Source: Macrostomum hystrix (lineage: Eukaryota; Animalia; Platyhelminthes). Taken from it: a stretch of 64,000 nt of DNA. The position numbers and the translations under genes are program-made. The stretch lies in NCBI GenBank assembly GCA_950097015.1, contig CATNEN010000024.1:806001-870000 (forward strand), written 5' to 3'. The notes beneath the pieces were generated by a model, which worked only from the letters and a program-made list of their open reading frames with translations, made no database searches and was not told the origin of the DNA. Positions 38,521-51,979 of the stretch are shown in pieces. Every line of letters begins with the position of its first letter. Position 1 is the first letter of the stretch.

Positions 38521-41270
38521 TCATCGCTTCCCAGAGACGACTTTTTTAGCCCGAATCCAGCAGGCCAGTGCCATGTCGCCCCAGTGCAGCCAGAGCCAGG
38601 GCCGCAGTGCCTTGGCGTAGGCGGCGCCAAAAGCTGAGCCGCCCAGGTGAGCAGCGTGCGACAATCCCAGGTTAAATAGCCGACAGAGGCCGGCAACATC
38701 GAATGCCACCATGGCGGCGAAGGCATTGAAGGCGGTGAAATTGAAATCCGGGAATAGGCTGCTAATAAAAACGAGCCCAACCCTGGCGTCCGGATTCGAC
38801 AGGGCCGTGTAGGCGAAGACGCCAAGCAGGCAGCCGCTGGCGCCGATGCAGGGCAGGCTGGGCACCAGCGCCGCGTGCAGCAGTCCGGCGCACAGGCCTG
38901 AGCAGGCGTACAGGCACAGAAACTCCTCAGGCGAGCCAAGCTGAGCTGTCAGAGGAGGAGCAAAGCTATGCAGCACCATCATGTTAACTAGTAGGTGAAG
39001 CCAGTGCTGGTGACTGAACATTGAGCCGATGATGGAGACTGGGCCCAGCTTGGCAGGCCAGAGCATAGCCCAGCGAGTTAGCAATGGCTGAACAGCCGGC
39101 AGCTGCCATAGTAGGAAGATGATAACATTGGCGCCAATCAAAGCGTAAACATGCAACGGATGGTGACGGAAATCGTTTGCCGACCAGTGGCGAATGTCCA
39201 GACCGAATGATCGGCCTGTGGGTGACAGGTAAACATGTTTAGAAGCTTTTAATGCTTAACAGTAGTATTTCAAATACCCTCATTATTTCCGCTTTTCTGA
39301 ATCTCCTAAAATATTCATCCAATCGCCAAGAAAATCCAGAACACTGGCTAAAATATTCATCCAATCGCCAAGAAAATCCAGAACACTGGCTAAAATATTC
39401 ATCCAATCGCCAAGAAAATCCAGAACACTGGCTAAAATATTCATCCAATCGCCAAGAAAATCCAGAACACTGGCTAAAATATTCATCCAATCGCCAAGAA
39501 AATCCAGAACACTGGCTAAAATATTCATCCAATCGCCAAGAAAATCCAGAACACTGGCTAAAATATTCATCCAATCGCCAAGAAAATCCAGAACACTGGC
39601 TAAAATATTCATCCAATCGCCAAGAAAATCCAGAACACTGGCTAAAATATTCATCCAATCGCCAAGAAAATCCAGAACACTGGCTAAAATATTCATCCAA
39701 TCGCCAAGAAAATCCAGAACACTGGCTAAAATATTCATCCAATCGCCAAGAAAATCCAGAAAACTGGCTAAAATATTCATCCAATCGCCAAGAAAATCCA
39801 GAACACTGGCTAAAATATTCATCCAATCGCCAAGAAAATCCAGAACACTGGCTAAAATATTCATCCAATCGCCAAGAAAATCCAGAACACTGGCTAAAAT
39901 ATTCATCCAATCGCCAAGAAAATCCAGAACACTGGCTAAAATATTCATCCAATCGCCAAGAAAATCCAGAACACTGGCTAAAATATTCATCCAATCGCCA
40001 AGAAAATCCAGAACACTGGCTAAAATATTCATCCAATCGCCAAGAAAATCCAGAACACTGGCTAAAATATTCATCCAATCGCCAAGAAAATCCAGAACAC
40101 TGGCTAAAATATTCATCCAATCGCCAAGAAAATCCAGAACACTGGCTAAAATATTCATCCAATCGCCAAGAAAATCCAGAACACTGGCTAAAATATTCAT
40201 CCAATCGCCAAGAAAATCCAGAACACTGGCTAAAACTTTCCGCTCTATTTGACGAAACAACTTCCAGAATCACAAAACATCGGCATCGTCGAGATATTCA
40301 ACGATTCTCGTCGGGGGTGTGGTGGCAAAAACTACCAATTGGCATAACTTTTCCGCTCACAAAATTTCATCATGTGACCATGTCGCCAATATTGTTGAAT
40401 ATTTTTGTATCGATTATAGTTTTGCTTTTTTAACTACTGCATTTGCAATAGAGGTTTTTACAGAGCAATGTCAGATGTCCTTGGTACCAGGTTCTTCAAC
40501 AAGAATCGCTGACGATGCTGACGTCGGACGGTTTTTGAAATTTAGTTGTTTTATCCGTATGGTGAAATTTCACGAAAATCGGTCATTTGGTTTGGAAACT
40601 ATCGTGAAGTAGGCAGAACATCGGTTCGATTCCCGACTCCACTGGAACGATTCGGGTCGTTTAGCAAGACACCTAACTCTGCATTGCTTCAGTTCTCCCA
40701 GCTGTTAAATGGGTACCGGCATCCGCTGGAGTCATTAAAAGGTGGGTTTGGCGTCCTCCCAGTCCATGGACTGAACAGCCGTACGCAGCGCAATAGCTGC
40801 GACTGTCCTGTCGGCTGCACATCTGGCCCAACTAGGGCCGGTGTAATCAATTATAAAATAAAATAAAAAATTGAAATTCATAAACTATTTTTAATTTGCT
40901 AAGATACGAACTTCAGACCTGTCGATAACGAACCCAGTATCAGACATCAGACATATCAGACATAAACCAGACATCGCATTGTCTCACTTTTCAATCGCTC
41001 ATAGAGCGACACCCGGCCAATAGCGAACGCCGCGAATCCGATGCCGGCGCAGGCGACTCCGGCGCGCAGCAGTCGCCATCCGCGTCTGTCCTGCGGCGCC
41101 GGGGATCGCAAAGACCGGCCGGATCGAAACGACAGGTGCCGTCTAGTTAGGCCTCGCAACAGGACAAGCGCTGGTTTTTGAGCCGCAGCGGCGGTCCCAA
41201 AGCGGAGGGACGCAGCCGCTGAGGCCAGAGTGTAACGGCTGCACTGCTGCTGCGGGTGGCAAGAGGACAT
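38521..41270 (-). CDS. PARL: PARL-like mitochondrial rhomboid protease; complement(join(38521..39215,40988..41270)), ~325 aa
   Basis: SMFSHQHWLHLLVNM, catalytic GASG and HAAHLGG motifs, an Arg/Ala-rich presequence-like N-terminus, and a phase-1 GTGAGA/CACAG intron. Confidence 0.92.
39256..40610 (+). mobile_element. TTAACAGTAG-family element hosting the 42-bp array (PARL intron)
   Basis: Starts TTAACAGTAG. Sequence on both sides of the array matches the 22418, 30550 and 33912 copies. Confidence 0.78.
39307..40235. repeat. 42-bp minisatellite, ~22 near-perfect copies
   Basis: AAAATATTCATCCAATCGCCAAGAAAATCCAGAACACTGGCT. Only one internal substitution was noticed (C>A at 39762). Confidence 0.98.
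40615..40868 (+). mobile_element. SINE family B (CORE-like), 5'-truncated, PARL intron
   Basis: GGTTCGATTCC then AGCAAGACACCTAACTCTGCATTGCTTCAGTTCTCCCAGCTGTTAAATGGGTACC. Confidence 0.85.
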
Positions 41271-41379
41271 TGTTATTATTCATATCTAATTTACTTAAAG
41301 TAGATAAACTCATAATCTTATCTTTCTATATGCTGAACAGGCAAGCTTTGGTCTAATAAGAGAAGCAAGTTTAACAGAT

Positions 41380-41800
41380 GAAGCCTGGTTTAACAGGTAA
41401 AGCCTGGTTTAACAGGTAAAGCCTGGTTTAACAGGTAAAGCCTGGTTCAACAGGTAAAGCCTGGTTTAACAGGTAAAGCCTGGTTTAACAGGTAAAGCTT
41501 GGTTTAACAGGTAAAGCTTGGTTTAACAGGTAAAGCCTGGTTCAACAGGTAAAGCCTGGTTTAACAGGTAAAGCCTGGTTTAACAGGTAAAGCTTGGTTT
41601 AACAGGTAAAGCCTGGTTTAAAAGGTAAAGCCTGGTTTAACAGGTAAAGCCTGGTTTAAAAGGTAAAGCCTGGTTTACAGGTAAAGCCTCTGTTAACAGG
41701 TAAAGCCTGGTTTAACAGGTAAAGCCTCTGTAAACAGGTAAAGCCTGGTTTAACGGGTAAAGCCTGGTTTAACGGGTAAAGCCTGATTGAATGGTTTAAG
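41380..41800. repeat. 19-bp minisatellite (AAAGCCTGGTTTAACAGGT)n, ~22 copies
   Basis: Direct tandem repeat ~110 bp upstream of the PARL ATG. Confidence 0.95.
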
Positions 41801-42494
41801 CTCAGTTTAACAGGTAAATTAAAAAAGAATGAATAACAAAGACGTAGATAACATCTAATGCCAATTAAACAGGAAATATAGGTTCTAATCAAAATTTTAT
41901 TTATTGCACTTGGTTAATATCTTCAAATAAAACACACTGGGAAACTAATTTATAATAGGTTTTTAATTGCACTACTACATCATTCATTAAATCGAGTTTT
42001 TCTTATTGCAACTATAACGAATCGCATACTATTCAACTACCAAAGCTACGCACATATATATTGTAGTAGAATCAATAACTAATAATTGCACATAGAAGAC
42101 ACAGTAATAAATCAAATCTATAGAAAATGTCTTATTTGAGTAAAACAGAACATTCTGACTGCGAAAAAAATACAAGAAGCGGTTAGACTAAACTGTCGAT
42201 CACATGCTTAGAAAAAGACAACAGAAGTTTGTAAAACAGAACAAACACAAATGCTAAAGCAATAAATACAATGCTATATTTAAATTCGAATGATCATATA
42301 AAAGGCAGAGAGGTTAAGGGTCTCGTTGATGTATAATAAATCAGCTCCAGCTACTAAGTGTGCTTTACTAGAATGTAAAGAACACTAAGCATAGAATAAA
42401 CTAGACAGAATGCATTCAAATTATTGTCATGGAGAAACACAACAAGCAAAGCTGATTAATCTGCAGGACAACACATTATCGATAATAACTGCTC

Positions 42495-43030
42495 TTAATA
42501 GTAGAACTACCAAGAAGGGGGGAATTCACCCACCCTGTACTTTTTTTCTGCACCCGAACGGAGCAACGCAAGCACACGAAACTCAAGAACACGGGCCAAC
42601 TTTCTGTAGCGCATCTTCTGAAACAAGAATCAAGTCGCTAGCTCTTCAGACCGTCCAGATATTCAACGATTGTGGCCGAAGGTCTGATTTTACTTATAAG
42701 AGCTAGTGTATTTCATGCATCCCTATACACAAATTAGCACTGCGCCTCAGTGCGGCCTTGCCAGGCCTTCAAAATGTATTAGCATGTCACCCGAATGTGC
42801 CTGCATCATCTCCATCTTCAGGCGCCTAACTTTATCTAGACGAACTGCTGGACCTTCAAAGGCTATAGCAAGTGGAACTAGGCCACTATGGACACCGTGA
42901 CGCGAATTTCTCCGATTTCACTGATCAAGCCTAAAAATTAGGCGCAGTTCAACCACAGGACACTCTCGCCTAGTCTGTCACCCAATCAGTCAGCACCCAA
43001 CGCTGTTAGCATTCGGGCACTACCGCTTGG
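42495..43030 (+). mobile_element. piggyBac-like MITE, 3'-truncated copy
   Basis: TTAA-TAGTAGAACTACCA left end. The body is collinear with 54541-55131. Confidence 0.78.
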
Positions 43031-43076
43031 CATCTAGAAACAACAGTTACACTGTACAGCCTTCCTGTCTATGAGT

Positions 43077-46000
43077 TCAATGCTCAGCTAGCAGCTCCTG
43101 TCTGTCCTCTGACTTTGCAATTTTAGGACCAATAGAAGACTCCGGCTGGTCTTTGTTCGAATCGACAATATCGCCGCCGTCGCCACAGGGCGGACCTGTC
43201 CATTGCGGATGCGAGCGCCTGGGCTGAACCTCGGCTCGATGCACGGAGGCGAAAAGCCAGGCTGATTAAAAAAAGCAGACAAATAAATGAGTCTTTTTTA
43301 GAAGCATGAAAAAGCTAAAAAACGGAGCAATTAGCAGCCAGACTGCTCACTTGGAAAGACGTCAAACTGAACCTGACGCGTATCTGGCTGAAGCTTGCCA
43401 GCATTCTTGCCATTGACAGAAGTTGTCGCACTTTTAATCGGCACCGTGTCGTCTAGAATGTCCACCGGTTCGGCCGGGCCACGGTTCAGCGTGATGAAAT
43501 AGACGCCAACAAATGATAGCAGGCAGCTGGAAGGCAATTTTGCTGATAAGATGACGAGCTTGTAAAGTAGGGATATTTACTCCCAAACTCTAGCCAGAGG
43601 AGAGGAGATCCGGAATCTCTTTTGCTATAATAAAGAGCTAAATATAAAAATATGTAACCTTACCCCAGCAGGAACATGAAGATGCTAAGGCCGTGAAGAC
43701 CCCAGAATTCGTTGAAGAAAACGATGCCTGAAAAAAGCGCACACACGTGAGGCTTTAAACTGTTTGAAAAACTAATAAACGGTTTATATCTTACCTGATA
43801 GGATAGCGCTAATTGTGAAGAACACAAAATTAGTCGGCACAACAACTGTACTATCGCTGCCTTTCATAGCCTGGTTCAAATAACTAAAAATCATTAAAAA
43901 TGCTTATTTGATATAAAACAATAAATAATGTTTCTATAAAAATATTTTATTAACGTCATTTAACTTACTAAACTTGCAGTACAGCTGTGGCCACTAGTAC
44001 AGCGGTCATGATGTACAGTATTGGATGGCCAAACTGTGGCAGCCCAGCCAGGCTTAGATTCAATAGGCCAGAGACAGCTTTGGCGCAGATAACAGTGAAG
44101 GAGGCTGTGTGTGCGCAGCATGTTTTTGCACAAATTAGAACCAGCAAAACAAAATTGTTGTGTTACACTATAGTCTTAAAATCGTAAATTTTCCGGTGTT
44201 TGCGTAAATTCGTTAGTTTGATAAATAACATAGGTTAACAAAGCTTTCATAGTTCATTTTACTTTCCATATCCGTCGAATAATTTTCAATTTGTCTAAAA
44301 TAACTCACCGATAATGCTGGTAATGAGCAGCAGGATTAGAACATTATCCTTCTTAGCAACGTAGAGCAGAAAGAACAGAACGGTCAGCATTAGCAGCTCC
44401 AGAGACTGAAAAAATGATTAAGACTGGCATTGGATTCTGTAGCTTCGCATACACACGGAGTGGGAAAATAGTAATTCCAATTTAATAGTATAAAACTTAA
44501 ATCTCTTGGGAAATCGATAAACGAGAAGAAAGGCATCTGGTACACGTTCCATAAAACTACTGGCCTAGTGCTCTCGAAACTAAAAAGTACTCAAAATGAC
44601 TCGTTAAAGTTAAAGCAACTCACCACGTAGACGACGAATCGCACACTAGTAAGGGCCTCAGCAAGTTGCGTAGCGGACAAAATGTGCTCCTTCTACAATC
44701 AAATAATTTGTATAGTTTGTATAGTTATTACTATAAGCAAATAGCCCCACGCCACTTACCCTCTTAGAGAAGCTGACAATGAGGAATGCTCCCACAATAG
44801 ACAGCGAGCTGCCGAACAGATCCTCAGGCCGCAGCCGTTCGCGCAGGAACAGCACAGCTATGAACATGTTGGCAATGACTGTGGTTGTGCCCAGAGGAGC
44901 CACAGCTGAGGCTGGTGCATAGCCATAAGCGGCGAAGTTGCCCAGCTCGCCAAGAACCATCAGCACAATGCCGAGCCACCAAAGTGGGCGCTTTAAGTAG
45001 TGCGTTCGTCTGCCAATTGTTAGCTGTTGATCCCGGTTGTGAGTGTACTTCTGCAGGTATAAGAGAAAGTTGTAAATATCCACATATTATCTAACCCCAA
45101 GATGTAATAATAAAGAGACGCTGTTGACCACTAAGTGGAACCAGCGCGCTCGCGCTCGGGATAGAGCTGGGATGGACAGGTACACGCAGACAAAGCGGTC
45201 AGGCTAATGGCTTCAAGGTCAGAGGTTAGAGTTTTAAACAGAGTGACAGTTTGTCCACGACCGCGCCACCAATGGGTCAGTGGGCTGGTGCAGCAGGGCC
45301 ATGGCAAACGGGTTTGCCTCTCCGCGGTTGAAGCGCATGAGGACTTGACCAGCGAGGGTTTGACGCCTGCGATGGAGAATCCTGCTGACTGGCAGAGTGC
45401 CCATCTGTCTCGCCAGGTCACGGTCACCCCAAGATGTATGCTCATTTGGTGAAAATCACAGTTTTGGTGAAAATTCTTTCGACCTTTTTGGTTTACAGTA
45501 GTAAATTTAGTATTTAAAATACACACAAAGCAATAACTTACTTGGATGTTGAGTGACACACTAATCAGTAGATTTCCTATGACAGCCAGTAGACAACCAA
45601 TGAATAGGTCCTAAAATGAAATGAACAAATGTAGGAAAATAAATCAAGACATTAAAATCACTAGAAAGATGTAAAAATCTACACTTCAAATTGTATGAAC
45701 CTAGATATAATACACTCAGTTCCAAATTGCATAAAAAACTGGATTCTTAAAAAATCACTACATTTTTGTAAAATGAAACATGTGCAAAGAATACTAGCTA
45801 CAGAAATTAGAAAAGTAGAAAAAAGTTTAATAAATTTAAAAATTCAATAAATACTCTATTTATAATAAACAAAAAATTAAGCAACTACAGATTCAAATTT
45901 TAGAGTTGGATTTTGTAAATATCTAATCCCTGTTCATATATCACTATATGGCAGAACTCCTACAAAAATAAATTTACATTATAGTATAAAGGCTAACTTT

Positions 46001-46711
46001 GATACTGGGTACAAAGGGAAATCTCATTGGCATATTCAAGATATTTCTTTGAGTGCAAAACACATTAACCATATGGATCCCCATTCCACACTCAGGATAA
46101 TGTAGTATGCCAGAATTTTTCTGGTATACTTTCAAGACAGGATATTTAGCACCGACTAGGTGCAGACAATTTGCTAGAATGGTCTTCTGGCACATAGCTT
46201 AGCACACAATGAAGCCTCTGCACTCTTTATCATAGCTATAGTGTGAAGGGGATTTAGACATAACTGGGGCACAACTATTTTTTGGGTGGCTTCCAATGCA
46301 CTTATAATATGATCCTAACTAAGGTCCCCAATTGAGGATCCCAAAAATTGAGCATCCCAAAAACCAATTAGAACACACTTGAAATTTTTCACAGCAGCAA
46401 ATTCCTGACAAAAAAATCTTTCAGTAATTTTTTTGAAGCTGGGTTTGGCATCAGAGGCTGACATAAACTCAATTGGCTTTAGAGTTTGTTCTTTTGCTTT
46501 AAATTTAGTTCCAAGTAAAACATATCTGTCAGAAAATGTCTACTTGGGAACCCATGGCCATACATCAAACTAATGTGACATTGTAACTAGAGCCTATACA
46601 ATGAAGACAAGAAGTCAGTTACCTTATATAGTAGCTTACCTGGTAATGTCTTTTATTTTCGTTACTGGTGCTCTCATCCGATGACAGTGTCTTAGCTATG
46701 GTTATTTTCAT
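43077..46711 (-). CDS. NIPAL: NIPA-like magnesium transporter; 10 exons (46640-46711, 45542-45610, 44760-45050, 44624-44692, 44309-44405, 43969-44104, 43795-43883, 43664-43727, 43351-43526, 43077-43261), ~415 aa
   Basis: GNLLISVSLNIQK, LWWLGIVLMVLGELGNFAAYGYAPASAVAPLG, YLNQAM...VVVPTNFVFFT and GIVFFNEF. All GT-AG phases add up to 1248 nt. The first and last exons are less certain. Confidence 0.9.
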
Positions 46712-48035
46712 GACTTTTTAAACTTGACGCTATTTGAATTAAGAATTGGATATTTAAAAGTTAGTAAAAATTATTATTACGTTTATTAACTTATTATTTT
46801 GTTGACACTCAGGAACTCAGTCACGACTAAAGTCACAGATCTGGCAGTTAAAAAATCTTACAAATAAACAGATCATGATAAAGGATAAGCCTAAGATATT
46901 GAGTTTTTTATTCAAAAATAGTTTCTCGATAAGTGTATGATGGCAGGAATTGTACAATAACAATGATGATAATGTAAGTGTCACAGGGTTATCGCGTCCG
47001 TCCTGCATGCAACCTAAAAGTTTTTCTTTGAAAAAAATAAATTAGTTACTGGATTTGTTCGAGAACCACAAACAAAAAATAGCTAGTGCATCTTTCTGGC
47101 TGTGCATTTATTATTTTTTTCTTTCAATATAATTTTTTGGAATTTGGAACGATTACTTTGGAAATAAAACTTGACTTTTGTTTTAAGCGAGTGAAGTGGA
47201 CTCTGAACATTGTAAAGCATTGACTGATGCCATAACTATTTCTAGCAAAAAATCGAAAACTAGCAACTATTTCTATGATTTCCAGGCACTTTGCACTAAA
47301 TTACTTGATTTCCTATGATTTATCAATCACTAAATAGCAACTGCGGAATTTAGTGACTACGACGAAGAGAACAATAGCAATACAAACTAAGCCAAGCCTG
47401 TTTCAGTCCAATGGAGTTAAACTGTTTCTCATTTCTCAAAACCTGAAATATATCTTTAGATCAAGACTAGCACATAAATTACCCCTTTGGGGGAGTTACG
47501 GAGGAGAGGAGAATTTTCTTTAAAGCCCTGACAAAATTACAGGGCTTTACAAATTTTAAGTCCAATCGGGCAATAACCTATACCATACCAATTGACGAAA
47601 ATCGACTCGACTCTACAGCTAAACGATCGCAGCCAATCAGACCTAGGCAGAGCTGTTTAAGTTTTCATTGACCGCGGATAGAGTTGGTGGTGTGGTTGGC
47701 GTCGCCGACCTGGCTTAAGAATTATAACCATAGAAAACAAAGTTCTCAAGAACAAGATTTTAATTGTATAAATAGCCTGTAAAATAAAAAATTACTGATG
47801 GCAGATATAATTGTATTTGTAATCAGTGTAGAAAATGAGTTTTAATGATATTTGATATGGAGCATTGAGCATGCTTGCGGAATAAACAATATTTTTAATA
47901 GATTAAACAGCGTTTTCGTATCGCGAAAAGTTTAGCACGGGATATTTAGTTCATAGTAAAGACAGCACCATTAGAACATTTTCAGCATGTAGTTGTTCAT
48001 TTCCACTCCGAAGAGTTTTAGTTTATTATAAACGT

Positions 48036-49505
48036 TCAATAAGCCTCGCCAATCAGAGCCAACAGTACCTTGCGATAGTCACCGGACGTGTCACCGCGAA
48101 TCATTTCGGCCAGGCCCTTGCTGTGCAGACGCTGGAAAGCTGCCTTAATCGCCGTCAGGTCAGACTCGCACTGGCTAATAATCATGCGCTGCAGGCGCCT
48201 GTCGTTCGTGCCGAGGCCCTTCATGCTGTGGTAGAGCAGGGTGGCCACGTGGCCCACCGGGTCATTGGCATACGAGACGATGCTGAGCAGCAGGTTGCGA
48301 TAGTTTCCGCTAGTCTCGCTGGAGATGGCATCCTTCAGACCGCGCTTGTGCTGCTTGGCGTACTCGGCAGACACGGCGGCGATGTGAGGCAGCGAGCGAG
48401 TGCACAGGATCCGGTTGAATGTGGACTCCTCCGTGCCCAGCCGCTTTTCACCGGCCTCGTACAGAGCCTGCACATCCTTAGCGACGAGCTCGGAGTTCAC
48501 CGGACCGGTGCTCTCGTCCCTATTGGCGGTCATCAAGCCGACTAGGACGCGACCGAAGTCACCGCTGACGTCGGAGCGCACGTCGGCCTCCATGTCGCGG
48601 TGGAATCCTGCATGGCACGATGTTTGTAAGTTCGCAACTACATTAACAATACCAATAGGTGCAGGTACAAAATTAGAAGGCAGTAAGAAAACGATCTAAC
48701 ACTCACTCTGACTATAGGCCGCCTTGATCGCCTTGACCTGATGATTGTTGCGCATCGACATGATGTCAACCAAGGCGTCCTCGTCAGTACCGGCTCCCTG
48801 TAAAGTTTAAATGAATGCATGCTGTTCAGAAAAATACTTAATATAATAATAAAAATAACTGATTTCACCTGCCCAAATTGGCCCAATCAGTCCATGGACA
48901 GAGGGGACTTCACTGCACTCACTCTCAATTACCCCAGCTGATGCTGGAACCCATCCAACAGCTGGGTGAAGCAATACAGAGTCAAGTGTCTTGCTCATGT
49001 CTTGCTACAATTAAGGACACTAAAGAACACAACTTGTGGGGTCGGGAATCGAACCCCCGACCTTCAAATCGTGAGTCCGACGCTCTTGCCACAAGGCTAC
49101 CTCTTATACATATACAACACATACTGTTCAGAGCAAAATAAAAAGTATATGTATGTGGCATGTTCATTTGATTAGCAAACTTAATAGAAACGTGCATAAA
49201 AGCGAACAGCATCTCACCTTGATGGATCGTCGAATGCAAGCCGCATCGTAGTCGCACAGGTATTCGCAGAGGCCTTTGCAAACTTTGCGAAAGTTTCCAC
49301 TGAGCTCAGATTTGAACGCCGCTTTCAGATCTTTGCCGTAGGACGTCTTGAAGGCCTTGGCGATCTCCGCTCTCTGGTGTGACGGGCGACGCGCCATGAC
49401 ATCGATGATGGCTTTTTCGTCCGTGCCGAGGCCCTTCATGGCCTTGTGCAGCTTCTCAGCTTCCACCAGAGGATCAAACGGCTGGTTGATCTGCGACAAG
49501 GCCAT
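48036..49505 (-). CDS. Annexin (4 repeats); complement(join(48036..48607,48707..48797,49218..49505)), ~316 aa
   Basis: MKGLGTDE, IKGAGTDE, GEKRLGTEE and MKGLGTND repeats with downstream acidic caps (SELSG, SDVSG, SETSG, GDTSG). The start is either the ATG at 49505 or an upstream exon spliced at 49490. Confidence 0.94.
48835..49105 (-). mobile_element. SINE family B (CORE-like) in an annexin intron
   Basis: Minus strand TAGCCTTGTGG A box, GGTTCGATTCC B box, AGCAAGACACTTGACTCTG core. Confidence 0.83.
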
Positions 49506-50344
49506 CTCAAATCGTATAGTGCTGAACTCGTATAGACAGCGGGTGAGTCTACTCAAAACTAGCTCAGGCGCAGTAAAGAAACTATGGGTATTGAGTTCTA
49601 TTCAATTTATAAAGCCACACCACCACCCCACTCCATAGCCTGAGCAGGTTGAGTGAGGTATTTCGCAGTTTTTTAACCACCCAACCACAACACGTTCACG
49701 CACAATGGAGCTTTAATTATGCGGCACGCTGTGGACGGGTCCAAGAGCAACGTGCCTAAATCTGTGTACACTTTTGTTGAGAGTAAACACAGCAGAAACC
49801 TCATTTGCATGGGGGGGAAATGGCGGCTTGGGGTGGAAACGAAGAGACAGCTTTAGCTTTGGCAATCTGTGGATGCGCCACAGTCGGCTATGCTCAAAAC
49901 TCTATTGTGTAACTCACTTCTAAACTGCTCAATTCTAAACTGCAAAAGCTGGCTTGGCGAGGGGGTATAAAATTAGACTATTTGTAAATATAAAATTTGT
50001 GGTCTGCAAATTGTGAAACTGAATTTCATTCGAAAAAAACGCCAAAAAATTTGATACTATGCTTTACTCATTGTTTCTGCGCACCTATAGCTTTAGCATG
50101 AAAGCTGAGTAATGCTGAAATTTTATGCCCATGCACAATAAAATATTGTTAAAATAGTTGTTTATCAACTTTCTAGATACTTGATAGTTACATGCATTGT
50201 CTGAGAATGTTGGTAAACACAGATCCTACAAATTTCGTATAGTTGTGCTCAGCTTCAACGCTTCATGATGCCAATGGTACTGTTCGGCGAGAATGGTACC
50301 GTGAACTGACATGAGTTTTTGCCATCATCCCAACCAAAAGGAGG

Positions 50345-50610
50345 TTGTAGCCTTGTGCTTAGAGCGTCGGACTCAGGTCGGGGATTCAATTCCCGGACTC
50401 AAATAGAATAATTTGTGTACTTTAGCAAGACAAAAATAACTTTGCATTGCTTCAGTTCACCCAGCTGCTAAATTGGTGCCAGCATTAGTTAGGGTAATTG
50501 GGAGTGGGTGTGGCTTCCCATGGACTGAACAGCCGTACATCTGGCTGCACGGCTGCACATATGGCCTAATTGGGGCAGGTGTAATCAATTATTATATTAA
50601 TTATTTTTAT
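50345..50610 (+). mobile_element. SINE family B (CORE-like)
   Basis: TAGCCTTGTGCTTAGAGCGTCGGACTC head and TTGCTTCAGTTCACCCAGCTG core. Confidence 0.83.
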
Positions 50611-51979
50611 TACAAACCTAACAGTGTAGTCCAGGTCTCGATGTAAATTTATTGTTTGAAGGTTGATATTATTGTTACAATCAGCAAGGTTTGAGGCCAT
50701 ACAAATAAATTCAATTTTTAATTAGATATTTATAATGAGAATCTATTGTTAGCTTTTCTAATCGGTATGTTAATAAGCAGATGTCTAAAGTTATCTCTTG
50801 CAATACATTCACAAGGAAAAAACACAGAGAAGCATCAGAAATGAAAATAAAACTTTTACTTTTGCTTTTTTGCGTGACAAAGCTGTCAATAATTAAGTCG
50901 ACACCCGATGGCACGGGAATTCAGTCGGAGCCGAGATAATTCCTCGGACGCAGTCAGTGAATATATATTGGTCATAAATTGATAAAAATCATATAAAACG
51001 TTAAGAAACAGAACAACAGGTTAAAACAAACAGGCCGGAGAATATGTTAATCGAAATGAGCTTAATGAGCTTAATCAACATTTGTTTTAGTGACAGAAAA
51101 CTGTTTAACTACGAAGCCTGAAGCAATGACTTTGACGAGCTAATTAATTATTAAAACTACAGATATTTAGCAATTTGAATAATAATAGTAACTATTTCTT
51201 GTTAAGAAAGCTGCTTCGGCAAACACTCATTCTACGAAATTCTACAGGTACCAGAAATCTAAAACATACAGGAAAAACATTTTTCATTAGGTTAGAATAA
51301 AATAAAAAATTCGAAATGAATAAAGATAAGTAAAAAGATAGAAGTTAAATAAACGAACTAGGCGCAAATCTTTGTCATAATTTTTTGTTATATTGGGTTG
51401 ACCAGAGTTGACCAGAAAGGAAAATATTTCCAAAGTAAAACAGATTATTCAAATTATACGGCTATGAGTAGTTAAACACTTGAACCAACATGTGTGAGTA
51501 ATATTGAAGGCATTTAATATTTAAATATGTAAAATTTAGTTTTCTAAACCAACACAGTCTAGATGAACAGGAAAATGATAAAACAAAAAAGGAATGTGTC
51601 ACCTATATTTTTTAAAACCGTAACAAACTAATTAAACAGCAAATATAGCTTATAACAATAACACGTTGGGACAATTGACCGGATGTAGTGCTGCACAACA
51701 ATAGAACACGGAAATTCAGGAACAAAAACATTTAATTTAACAAAGTTTGATCATACTACTGAATTATTTTAGTAGTAAAATATATGAGTTCTAGAACCAA
51801 GATTATTTTGCTGAAATTTTCAAAAAACCGTCGCAATTGATCCATCACTTAGGCATGCGCGAAGCTTAATCAATGCGTTTAAGTTGAATCTATTAAACAG
51901 AAAAGTAGCATATGAAATCAATGACAATCAGCGTTAGCCACAAATCGGATCTGAGATTCCGCGCTAGTCGCATTGTCAA

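Noticed and set aside
39239-40433. 325-393 aa ORFs on both strands; CRISPR-like look
   Set aside because: Perfect 42-bp tandem units with no unique spacers, inside the PARL intron of a eukaryote.
45130-45460. GC-rich block with short ORFs inside a NIPAL intron
   Set aside because: NIPAL splices in phase without it; no recognisable domain.
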